A DNA stretch of 64,000 bases, taken from the NCBI RefSeq assembly GCF_964194025.1, contig NC_134470.1, positions 59,272,001-59,336,000 on the forward strand. The letters run 5' to 3'. The notes under the pieces were generated by a model. That model did not search any database. It was given only the letters and a program-made list of their open reading frames with translations, and had not been told where the DNA came from. Shown one piece after another: positions 36,845-49,700 of the stretch. Made by a program: the position numbers and the translations under genes. This DNA comes from Convolutriloba macropyga (lineage: Eukaryota). The stretch's first letter is position 1; the number at the start of each line of letters is the position of its first letter.

Positions 36845-39800
36845 AACACCGATCAGCCATCAGTAGTTTTCCTCCTTTCTTTTTTCGGAATGCGGCATGC
36901 AGAATGAGGAAAGGAAAAAATGTTGAAAACTGCAAGACCAGTAATACTATGTGTAGAGTATTATTAGGTAAAATTGTCTTGTCGATATTTGGTTGCATAT
37001 AAGACCTCAACCCGAACAGGGTGTAAGGCCCTATTATCGGTCTAATACTAATAGGTGATCAATAGAAAACTGACCAAGGCCTGTGCTAAGCTTGTTCAGG
37101 CATTACATGAGTTAACAATAAAACCGAGAGGTCTTAGAGAGCCCTCTAGAGGGGAAAAGAGTACTAGAAGGAAAAAAATCTGACGTTAACATATTTTAAT
37201 CAGGAGTAAATTTCGACGAGAAGTATTACTTGAGATCTTTCGGTGTTCCCTAATTTCACAAATCAACTGCTGAATTTTTTTTGGATTGCTAGTGTTTTGG
37301 ATTCAAAACTCTATGTAATCAGCAACTCGTCTTTTATCTCATCGCTTCTCATTATAGTCTTTTTTAGAGAACAAGACTGTTTACCAACGAATCAGCACCT
37401 TATTTAAAGCTTCTTTTAATGCCACCGCAATGCTATGGTTGCAACAACTCACCAAAAAGTGGCGGCACATTCCCCTATTATGCAGTTGCTGGAAGAATCT
37501 CACATTCTCTCATTTCTGAAACGTCCGGGCGAGGTTTTGACGATAAAAACGCAAAGTTATGAATGATTGGCATTGACTGCGTTCAATTTGTGTGAAATCT
37601 ACGCTTGAGGCGTTGATAAACCCGTATTTTTGTCTGAAAGCAATAATTTTACGTATTTTTGCATTTAGCGTAAGTCTTATCTTATTTTGCGTTTAATTTT
37701 GCGTTTCCAGTCAAAAATTTTGTATAATTGTGCCTTGAATTTAACGTTGTTCCTACATCATTTTGGATTTCTAAGCGTACATCTTACCTAATTTTGCGTT
37801 GATTTTAGCTTTAGTCTCAAATATCATGGCGTTGAAAATAGTGTAGATCTTACATAATTTTGCGCTACTAAGCTCAGATCTTAGATAATTCTGAATTGAA
37901 TTTGGAGTTTATCTTAAATTTATCTTTAAAATTTATCTTAAGTTTATCTTTGGCTTTTAATTTAGCGTCGATCTTACATAATTTTGACTTTCTAAGAGCA
38001 GATCTTGCATAACATTGGCGTTTCTAAAAGTAGACATTACATACTTTCAACCTTGATATTTTGAGATATCATCTTAATTTTTTAGCGGTAGTGAGGTGGG
38101 GGTGGTATTTGTATTTGAAGTTGGACACCCTATCGAGTTGTGTCTGTGGGGTGGGGAGTGGGGGTGGTTTTGATAGGTGGGTATTCGTAAACAAAAAAAT
38201 ATTTGATTCCGAAAACTGAAAAAATGATTTTTTTGCCAGTAGGGGACCAGATTTCTTTGTCCGGTGTATGCCTGTGCCACTGATCAGTAAAAATTGGAAA
38301 AACAACTTCAGTATATCTTTCTATAGACAAAAAACAAGATTTTGAACAAAATTGAACAGAACAGGCAAAAAAACATTTTCCGACTCTAGAGCCAGCAAAT
38401 GATCATGTCTAATTTGAGAAATTTTTTTAAACAATATTTCAATTTATCCGAATTTTTCAAAATTAATCCACCTACCCTCCTTCTTCTCTCTCACACACAC
38501 TACACACACACACACACACTCACACACACACACACTCACACACACACACAACACACAAGCACCCGCCCTTGTCTTGCCCGACCCAATTGCAAATACACAC
38601 CACCTACCTTCCTACCTACCCACGCCTCGCCACAATCCCCTCCTCCCTATCAGAACAAGACACCACAAAAGTAGAGCCTCACACTTACACTTAAACCTTA
38701 ACCAACATAGCACCACCCACAGCTCATCTCCCAAACGTACTACACCTCCCCCCGCAAGCTTCCCCAAAACCTACCTATTACGCTACCCCCTCCCCATCCT
38801 ACCTGCCTACACCGGGCTTTCTAACTCGAAACCAAAACATGTTCCATGGCTTTGTTAGGCTGGTTTTTTTCATAGCTTAAAATTGAAACTTTAAACTTTG
38901 GAAGATCAAAGCTATTTTATGCGCAAAATATGTAGGATGGAAGCTTAAACTTGACCGTTGAATTTGTGATCTTTGTTTCAAAACTCTTAAATTTTATAAA
39001 ATATACGCTTAGGAACGCAAAAATCAATCTAAAATCAACGCTAGATTCATCGCAAAATTATGTAAGATCTAAGCTTTAAAATGCAAAATTACGTAAGTTC
39101 TACGCTTATGAATGCAAAGTTATGTGAAATAAGCTGACAACTTGACGTTTCTCTTCAGGTAAGTAACGTGCAGAGACAATCTTTTTTTGCGAGTTCCCAT
39201 CCTCCTAAGTCAAGCAAAATGAGTACTCCGCCTGACACACCTGATTCGATGAATTGTCTGACCAAACTAACACTCGCACCTAAACAAATAAAAAACTGTT
39301 AAACCTGGGACTACATTGCGCGAGAGTGCGTTTAGGCATGAATATCGGTGCGATATCAAAGACGAGAAACAAATGACTCTGACGACACGATAGACGATCA
39401 AAGGTGAACCATTTTTCAGGTACTCAAAAAATTTGTGTCGACACATTTCACTCTCGTTGACCAGAATCAACACTCGGAGTCCTTATTTCAAAAAAACTAG
39501 AAAAACAGCTATAATAACAAGCAATTGTGATTTAGCATGGTTTGGTTGTGCTAGTGGTAAAAATCGCCGCAGACCAAGTTTAGTACAGTTTCGAAAAAAT
39601 AATCTGATTGTACAAAACCGGATTTCTACTAAAGGTCTAAGGAGAAAATGTAAAAGGGTAGATTTTCAAACCTCTTAAACTACAGCGAGTAGAGTTGTCC
39701 AAAATATCCAAGATATTGTGAGCCAAATCCCAGAAGACAAAATCTAAAAAATCTCTCCAGTGGTTCGTCTAGTATCGGCAATGGACTCCTCTTTTCTCTA

Positions 39801-40800
39801 TAAAGTCGAACTTGGAAAATTTTCCCTGAATGAAACGTTATTAATAATCTATAATTCTGAGAACAATACGTAATTCTGAGAACGGAAAAATAGAAAAGAG
39901 AAATAAAGATGCTTAAACTTGACCGTTGAATTTGTAATCTACGCTTCAAAACTCCAAAACTTAAAATCTACGATTATTTGATGGTGCAATGGTGATTTAG
40001 CATGGTTTGGTTATCGTTTAGAGCAAAGGACTCCAATTCTCCAATTCGACTGTAAGGCCAAGCCCACGAGAACAGAAAAACCATTGTTGGAGCTTGAGGT
40101 TATTAGCCAGATTTAAAAAATAAATTGCCAGCAGATGAGTCATAAGAAAATAGAGCACAAAAATTTGATGCGGAAAATAGGTTCTTCGAACACGTCTAGC
40201 ATTGGACTCCGAGTGCAACTTTAACCTCCAAAAATCCAAATTTATTTGCGTTGTGCACTCAACTAACAGAAATTGCCGCATCTTTTTCGTGGAATTTCAC
40301 TGACGCAATACTGACTGCATTTCCTTTTCAGTCAACAAAATTTAACGAACAATCATATTTGTGCGCTAGCTGTAAAAATCGCCGTAGACAAAGTTTAGTA
40401 TAGTTTCCAAGAATCGGCTGATTCATGAAAATTGAATTACTACTACAGCCTTTAGAAGAAAATCTAAGTTGTTAGATTTTCAACTCTCTACAACTACATC
40501 GAGTAACGTGGCCCAAAATTTACAAGATATTGCGAGCCAAATCTCAGAAGACTAAATCTTAGTAATCTCTCCAGTGGTTTGTCTGGTGTCGGCAGTGGAC
40601 TCATGTTTTCCCTATAAGGTCGAACTTAGAAAATCTTGATCGGTTGATACGCCTTTAAGAACAATCTAACAAGCTGAGAACAACCAAAAATAGCGCAGAG
40701 AAATAAAGAAGATAGAAACGTTCTGTTTATTAATTATAACTAGCTATTTGTAAGTTCGAAAATTTTGATTCATATTTAACCGGCCAATAGGTACTCATTC
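36845..40800 (+). repeat. Composite repeat block, copy 1 (leader plus two deleted/partial units of the 1.6-kb repeat)
   Basis: Colinear with 41757-53130 from caccgat(c/t)agccatcag to the shared tail gaagatagaa...tactcat. Confidence 0.85.
38492..38550. repeat. (CA)n microsatellite
   Basis: Interrupted CA run. Confidence 0.9.
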
Positions 40801-41416
40801 TCTGTAATTTTGCTTGTTTTATTGAATTTGTTTTGTTTACATATAAAAAATTGGGATCAAAAACAATGTGGAATGTCATAGTTGAAAACCTTATTTAATC
40901 ATTTGTTGTAGTTACCCTACATTCTAGCTCATATTTATTTCCTCATTGTTTCATCTAGATTTTTAGTCAGTGACTTGCCTAACATTTAAATATTTCTCAG
41001 TTAGCAAATTTTGTTCTCTGCAAAATAACTGATCATTCAGTTGAATATTCATTTCTAGTTCATTCTACTAACTTTGACTTTTCCTTGACGGTTGTTAAAT
41101 TTACTCGTAGCAAATTTTGCTTGCTTCTATAGGCAACAGATTTTCAATTGTAGGTTTTGGCTGCCAAAATAAATCACAAGTATAGTAAAAGCAAGTTCGC
41201 TAATTCTTAGACCCGTACCGCAATTTTTCAGGTGGCAATTTACTCCATCTTTCAAACTGCGCTTTGACTTTGGGTTGCATTTAGTTTGGTGTTTTCGATG
41301 GTTTCTGGTGGTTTACATTCAATACCTGTCTGGATGAAGGCAAAAGGATTGGTTTGGTTGGGATTTTGGTTGTCTATTTGAGGAACACAGATAGAGAAAG
41401 AAACGAAGAAGGAGAA

Positions 41417-41417
<1 letters not shown>

Positions 41418-41449
<32 letters not shown>
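41418..41449. repeat. (GA)n microsatellite
   Basis: GA run. Confidence 0.9.
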
Positions 41450-41454
<5 letters not shown>

Positions 41455-43714
41455 AAGATGAAACCTCAGTGCACCTCCGGCAGGCAGACCAGACCCCCTT
41501 TCAGAGGAAAAGCAGCTGGCTGGTGCATTGAGATCACAAAAGCTTTGTGTGCGGTTTGGTTGCAGTTTTCGCTTTATAATGAGGCGGGTATTTTAGCCCT
41601 TGCTGTGTTGAGTGGTTGTTCCCAAACGGGAAGAGAGTGTGGGACCAGTATCAAGGCCTCAACATGATTCTCACGATCATACTGCCCTCCCTTTTGGTAC
41701 CTTGGGGTTATAGATCAGCCTCAGGCAAGACTGATTCATGTGGTCAGTAAAGTCTTCCACACCGATTAGCCATCAGTTGTTTTCATTCTTTCTTTCTTCT
41801 GACTCTGGAGTGCTAGAATGATTGAAGAAGGAACGTTGATGAAAACTGCAAGAAAAGTAATCCCATGTGTAGGTTAATTTTAGGGGAAAATGTCTTGTCG
41901 ATATTTGGTTGCATTTAAGACTTCAACACCAAACAGGGTGTAAGGCCCTAATATCGGCATAATACTAATCGGTGAGCGAAAACTGACCAGGGCCTGTGGT
42001 AAGCTTGGTCAGGAACTACATGAGTTAGCAGTAAGATCGAAGGGTCTTAGAGAGCCCTCTAGAGTGGAAACATTGGTAGAAGAAAAAAATCTGACGTTAA
42101 CATAGCTTAATCAGGAGTAAAATTCTACCCGAATCCTTACTTAAGTTTATTCGGTGTTCCTTAATTTCACAAATCAATTGCTGAATCATTTTAGATTGGC
42201 AATGTGCTGGATTTAAAACTCCACAAATCAGGTTCAAATGTGTTATATTCAAAACTCCTGTAATCAGCATCTGGTCTTTTATCTCATCGCTTCTCAGTAA
42301 AGTCTTTTTTTTTCAGAGAACAAAACTGATTACCAAAGAATGAGCACCTTATTTAAGGCTTTTTTAATGCCACAGAATAGCTCTTGTTGAAACAGCTCAC
42401 TAAAAAATTTACCAATTTGTTGCGGTACATTCTTTTGTTATGCAGTTGCTGGAACGAACTCACATAATTATGAAATATCCGGGCGAGGTTTTAACGTTAA
42501 AGAACGCAAAATCATGAATGATTGGCATTGATTGTGTTCAATTTAAGCAAAATCTACGCTTGAGGAGTTGATAAATGCGTATTTTAGCGTTGATTATAGC
42601 GTTAACCTCAAATATCTTAGCGTTGCATTTAGTTTGGATCTTTCATAACTTGGCGCTACTAAACGCAGATCTTACGCAATTCTGAGTTGAATTTAGAATT
42701 GATTTTAAAAATTTTGGCAATTAATTTAGCGTTTCTCTTACAAAATTTTGAAGTTCAATGAGCAGCTCTTACTTAATTTTGGCGTTTCTAAATGTAGACG
42801 TTAAATAATTTCAACGTTGATAGTTTAAGATGTCCTCTTAATTTCCTAGCGGTTAGGTTTGAGTTGATCTTACATCGATTCAACTTTTAGATTCTTCGCT
42901 AAGAAGAATAGAAAAAGCATCTGTCTAAAATGAATATAGAATCAGAGTTTTAGGGAGGTTGATAAGGTCTGTGGCTGGAGCTTCGGTATTCGTAAACAAA
43001 AAAATTTGACTCAGAGAACTAAAAAAAAATTATTTGGCAGTCGGGGAACTGATTTTTTTGTCCAGTGTATGCTTTTGTCACTGATCAGTAAGTGTTTGAA
43101 AAACCACTTACCATTTACAGTAAATCTTGCTCTAGAAAAAGATAGGATTCCGAATCAGTTTGAACAGAATAGGCACAATACATTTTCTGACTCTAGAGCC
43201 CACAAAAATATCAAGTCCTTTTGAAAAAAATTTCATAAACAATATTTCCTTTTATTCTAACTTCCCAAAATGTATTCACCTACCCTCGTTCTTCTCTCCC
43301 ACACACACACACAAACACACGCAACAAACAAGTAAGCGCCCTTATCTTGCCCAACTCAATTACAAATACCTACGACCTACCTCACTATCTACAGACGCTT
43401 CACCTCAGTCCCCTCCTCCATATCAGATCAAGATACCTCTAAATTAGAGCCTCAAACTAACACTTACAACCTAAACCACATCTCACCGCCCCCAGCTTAT
43501 GTCCCAAACGTACTATATCTCCCACGGCAAGCTTCCCCAAATATAGCTAACAAGTTAACTTCTCCCCAGGCTACCTGGCTATAGCGGGCTTTTCAACTCA
43601 AAACCAAAATTGTTCTTTAGCATTTTCAGGACAGAATTTTTATTCATAGCGCAAATCTTAAACGTTAAGTTTTGGAAGATCAAAGCTACTTTATGCGCTA
43701 AAATATGTAGGATG

Positions 43715-46700
43715 GAAGCTTAAACTTGACCGTTGAATTTCTGATCTACGCTTCAAAACTCCAAAATTTTATAAGATCTACTATTAGAAACGCAAAAATC
43801 AATCTAAGATCAAAGCTAGATTCAACTTAAAATTATGTAAACTCTACATTTAATGAAGCTATAGAAAGTGAATTAATATTCGAATTTATCAAGAGTGCAG
43901 CAATTAGGCGACAAGCATGCAGGAGGTCAGTGATTCGAGTCTCACAAAAAGAATACTAAAGGTAGAAAAAATGTGAAACAGCAAAACGTTGAATCAAAAA
44001 ATTTTGCTGCATTTGAAAACGCAAATTTATGTAAGATTTACGCTTTAAGATGCAAAATTACGTAAGTTCTACACTTATGAATGCACAGTTATCTGAAATA
44101 AGTTGACAACTTGACGTTTCTCTTCAAGTAACGTTCAGATAAAATCTTTTTGCGAGTTTCAATCCTCCTAAGTCAAGCAAATTGAGTAATCCGCCTCACG
44201 CACCTGATTCGATGAATTGTCTGACCAAACTAACACTCGCACCTATACAAATAAAAAACTGGTAAACCTGGGACTACATTGCGCGAGAGTGCGTTTAAGG
44301 ATATTTATTCGTGCGATAACAAAGACCAGAAAAGAATGACTCTGGCGACCCGATAGACGATCTAAGGTAAACCATTTTTCATTTACTCAAAAAATTTGTG
44401 TCCACATTTTTCACTCACTGAAATAGCAGTTCAACTGAAACTAGAGAAAATAGAAGAAGCTAAAAAACGGTCCAAAACGAATTTTTATGGGTAAAGTAAA
44501 ATTTTAGTTCCTTGCCATATTGTGACCAGAACCAACACTCAGAGTCCTTATTTCAAAAAAACTAGAAAAACAGCTATACTAACAAGCAATTGTGGTTTAG
44601 CATGGTTTGGTTATCGTGAAGAGAAAAAACTCCAATTCTCCAAAAAAACAATACGTTGTAGGGCCAGGCCCTAGAGAATAGAAATACCATTGGCATTGAA
44701 ATTGAAATCCAGATTTAGAAATTTCTTTGCCATCAGATGATTCAAAAACTAGAGCACAAAAAATTGATGCAGAAAACAGGTTCCTTCCAACGAGTCTAGC
44801 ATTAGAAGCCTAGTGAACGTTTAACTTGCCAAAAAGCCAAATTTTTCTGCGTTGCATACTCAACCTCTGGAATTTGCCGCATATATTTCGTGAAACTATA
44901 ATGGTTGCTTCAGTTCCATCTCAACGATTGGCAAATCCATACGAAAAACTGACTGCATTTCCTCTACAGTCACTAAATTTAATGAACAATAATCATCTTG
45001 TTGTGCTAGTGGTAGAAATCGTCGCAGACCAAATTTAGTACAATTTCGATAAAATAATCTGATTGTACAAAACCGGATTTCTACTAAAGATCTAAGGAGA
45101 AAATGTAAAAGGGTAGATTTTCAAACCTCTTAAACTACAGCGAGTAGAGTTGTCCAAAATATCCAAGACATTGTGAGCCAAATCCCAGAAGACAAAATCT
45201 TAAAAATCTCTCCAGTGGTTCGTCTAGTGTCGGCAATGGACTCCTGTTTTCTCTATAAAGTCGAATTGGAAAATCTTCCTTGTATGAAACGTTATTAACA
45301 ATCTATAAACGAAAACAACGGAAAAATAGAGAAGAGAATTAATGAAGATTAAACTTGACCGTTGAATTTGTGATCTACGCTTTCAAACTCCAAAACTTTT
45401 TAAAATCTACGATTAGAAACGCAAAAATCAATCTAAGATCAACGCTAGATTCAACTGAAAATTAAGTAAGCTCTACGCTTATTGAAGCTATAAAAAGTGA
45501 ATTAATATTCAAATTTATCAAGAGTGCAGTAATTAGGTGACAAGCATGCAGGAGGTCAGTGATTCGAGTCTCACAAAAAAAAAACTAAACGTAGAAAAAA
45601 TGTGACAGCAAAACGTTGAATCAAAAAAATTTTGCTGCATTAAAAAACGCAAATTTATGTAAGATTTACGCTTTAAGATGCCAAATTACGTAAGTTCTAC
45701 GCTTATGAATGCACAGTTATGTGAAATAAGCTGACAACTTGACGTTTCTCTTCAAGTAACGTTCAGAAAAAAAATCATTTTTGCGAGTTTCAATCCTCCT
45801 AAGTCAAGCAAAATGAGTACTCCGCCTCACGCACCTGATTCGATGAATTGTCTGACCAAACTAACACTCGCACCTATACAAATAAAAAAACTGTTAAACT
45901 TGGGACTACATCGCGCGAGAGTGCGTTTAAGCATGAATATCGGTGCGATATCAAACACGAGAACAGAATGACTCTGACGACACGAAAGACGGTCCAAAGT
46001 GAACCATTTTTCAGGTACTCAAAAAATTTGTGTCCACACTTTTCACTCTCTGAAATAGCAGATCAACTGAAACTAGCCAAATAGACGAAGCTAAAAAACT
46101 GTCCAAAACAAATTTTTATGGGTAAAGTAAAATTTTAGTTCCTTGCCATATTGTGACCAGAACCAACACTCAGAGTCCTTATTAAAAAAACTAGAAAAAC
46201 AGCTATAATAACAAGCAGTTGTGATTTAGCATGGTTTGGTTATCGTGAAGAGCAAAAACTCCAATTCTCCAATTCGACAATACGTTGTAGGGCAGGCCCT
46301 CGAGAATAGAAATACCATTGGCATTGAAATTGAAATCCAGATTTAGAAATTTATTTGCCATCAAATGAGTAATAAAAAATAGAGCGCAAAAAATTAGTGC
46401 AAAAAACAGGTTTCTTCCAACGAGTCTAGTATTGGACGCCTAGTGGACGTTTAACTTCGCAAAAAGCCAAATTTTTCTGCGTTGCATACTCAACCTCTGG
46501 AATTTGCCGCATATATTTCGTGAAACTATAATGGTTGCTTCAGTTCCATCTCAACGATTGGCAAATCCATACGAAAAACTGACTGCATTTCCTTTACAGT
46601 CACTAAAATTAATGAACAATAATCGTCTTGTTGTGCTAGTGATAAAAATCGCCGCAGACCAAGTTTAGTACAATTTCGAGAAAATAATCTGATTGTACAA

Positions 46701-49700
46701 AACCGGACTTCTACTAAAGCTCTAAGGAGAAAATGTAACCGGGTAGATTTTCAAACCTCTTAAACTACAGCGAGTACAGTTGTCCAATATATCCAAGATA
46801 TTGTGAGCAAAATCCCAGAAGACAAAATCTTAAAAAGCTCTCCAATTGTTCGCCTAGTGTCGGCAATGGACTCTTGTTTTCTCTTTAAAGTCGAACTTTG
46901 AAAATCTTCCTTGTATGAAACGTTACTAACCATCTATAAATCTGAGAACAACGGAAAAATAATGAAGCTCACAACTTGACCGTTGAATTTGTGATCTACG
47001 CTTCAAAACTCCAAAACTTTATAAAATCTATGATTAGAAACGCAAAAATCAATCTGAGATCAACGCTAGATTCAACTTAAAATTAAGTAAGCTATACGCT
47101 TATTGAATTTATAAAAAGTGAATTAATATTCGACTTTATCAAGAGTGCAGTAATTAGGTGACAAGCATGCAGGAGGTCAGTGGTTCGAGTCTCACACACA
47201 GAAGACTAAAGGAAGAAAAAATGTGACAGCGAAATGTTGAAACTACAAATGTTTGCTGCATTTAGAAACGCAATATTATGTAAGATTTACGCTTTAAAAC
47301 GCAAAATTACGTAAGTTCTACGCTTATGAATGCACAGTTATGTGAAATAAGCTGACAACTTGACGTTTCTATTCAAGTAACGTTCAGAAAAAATCTTATC
47401 TTTTGCGAGTTTCAAACCTCCTAAGTCAAACAAAATGAGTACTCCGCCTCACGTACCTGATTCGATGAATTGTCTGACCAAACTAACACCCGCACCTATA
47501 CAAATAAAAAACTGGTAAACCTGGGACTACATTGCGCGAGAGTGCGTTTAAGCACGAAAATTGGTGCGATATCAAACACGAGAACAGAATGACTCTGACG
47601 ACACGAAAGACACTTTTCACTCTCTGAAATAGCAGATCAACTGAAACTAGCCAAATAGACGAAGCTAAAAAACGGTCCAAAACGAATTTTTATGGGTAAT
47701 GTAAAATTTTAGTTCCTGGCCATAGTGTGACCAGAACCAACACACAGAGTCCTTATTCAAAAAAATAACTAGAAAAACAGCTATAATAACAAGCAATTGT
47801 GATTTAGCATGGTTTGGTTATCGTGAAGAGCAAAAACTCAAATTCTCCAATTCGACAAAACGTTGAACGGCAGGCCCTCGAGAATAGAAATACCATTGGC
47901 ATTGAAATTGAAATCCAGATTTAGATATTTATTTGCCATCAAATGAGTAACAATAAATAGAGCACAAAAAATTAATGCAGAAAACAGGTTTCTTCCAACG
48001 AGTCTAGTATTGGACGCCTAGTGGACGTTTAACTTCCAAAAAGCCAAATTTATCTGCGTTGCAAATTCAACCTCTGGAATTTGCCGCATATATTTCGTGA
48101 AACTATAATGGTTGCTTCAGTTCCATCTCAACCGTCGGCAAATCAATACGAAAAACTGACTGCATTTCCTCTACAGTCACTAAAATTAATGAACAATAAT
48201 CGTCTTGTTGTGCTAGTGATAAAAATCGCCGCAAACCAAGTTTAGTACAATTTCGAGAAAATAATCTGATTGTACGAAACCGGACTTCTACTAAAGCTCT
48301 CAGGAGAAAATGTAAACGGGTAGATTTTCAAACCTCTTAAACTACAGCGAGTACATTTGTCCAATATATCCAAGATATTGTGAGCAAAATCCCAGAAGAC
48401 AAAATCTTAAAAATCTCTCCAATTGTTCGTCTAGTGTCGGCAATGGACTCCTGTTTTCTCTTTAAAGTCGAACTTTGAAAATCTTCCTTGTATGAAACGT
48501 TACTAACCATCTATAAATCTGAGAACAACGGAAAAATAATGAAGCTTAAAACTTGACCGTTGAATTTGTGATCTACGCTTCAAAACTCCAAAACTTTTTA
48601 AAATCTACCAGTAGAAACGCAAAAATCAATCTAAGATCAACGCTAGATTCAACTTAAAATTAAGTAAGCTCTACGCTTATTGAAGCTATAAAAAGTGAAT
48701 TAATATTCGACTTTATCAAGAGTGAAGTAATTAGGTGACAAGCATGCAGGAGGTCAGTGGTTCGAGTCTCACATACAGAAGACTAAAGGAAGAAAAAATA
48801 TGACAGCAAAATGTTGAAACTACAAATTTTTGCTGCATTTAGAAACGCAATATTATGTAAGATTTACGCTTTTAATTGCAAAATTACGTAAGTTCTACAA
48901 TTATGAATGCACAGTTATGTGAAATAAGCTGACAACTTGACGCTTCTATTCAAGTAACGTTCAGAAAAAACCTTTTTTTTGCGAGTTTCAAACCTCATAA
49001 TTCAAGCAAAATGAGTACTCCGCCTCACGTACCTGATTCGATGAATTGTCTGACCAAAATAACACTCGCACCTATACAAATAAAAAACTGTTAAACCTGG
49101 GACTACATTGCGCGAGAGTGCGTTTAAGCACGAAAATCGGTGCGATATCAAAGACGAGAACAGAATGACTCTGACGACACGAAAGGCGGTGCAAAGTGAA
49201 CCATTTTTCAGGTACTCAAAAAATTTGTGTCCACACTTTTCACTCTCTGAAATAGAAGATCAACTGAAACTAGCCAAATAGAAGAAGCTAAAAAACGGTC
49301 CCAAACGAATTTTTATGGGTAATGTAAAATTTAGTTCCTTGCCATTATGTGACCAGAACCAACACTCAGAGTCCTTATTCAAAAAAATACTAGAAAAACA
49401 GCCATAATAACAAGCAATTGTGATTTAGCATGGTTTGGTTATATTGAAGAGCAAAAACTCCAATTCTCCAATTCGACAATACGTTGTAGGGGCAGGCCCT
49501 CGGGAATAGAAATACCATTGGCATTGAAATTTAAATCCAGATTTAGAAATTTATTTGCCATCAGATGAGTCATAAAAAATAGAGCACAAAAAACTGATGC
49601 AGAAAACAGGTTTCTTCCAACAAGTCTAGTATTGGACGCCTAGTGGGTGTTTAACTTCCCAAAAAGCCAAATTTATCTGCGTTGCAAACTGATTCTCCGG

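Noticed and set aside
47140-47200. Functional tRNA-Ala gene
   Set aside because: No acceptor or anticodon stems can be formed; kept only as a tRNA-derived fragment.
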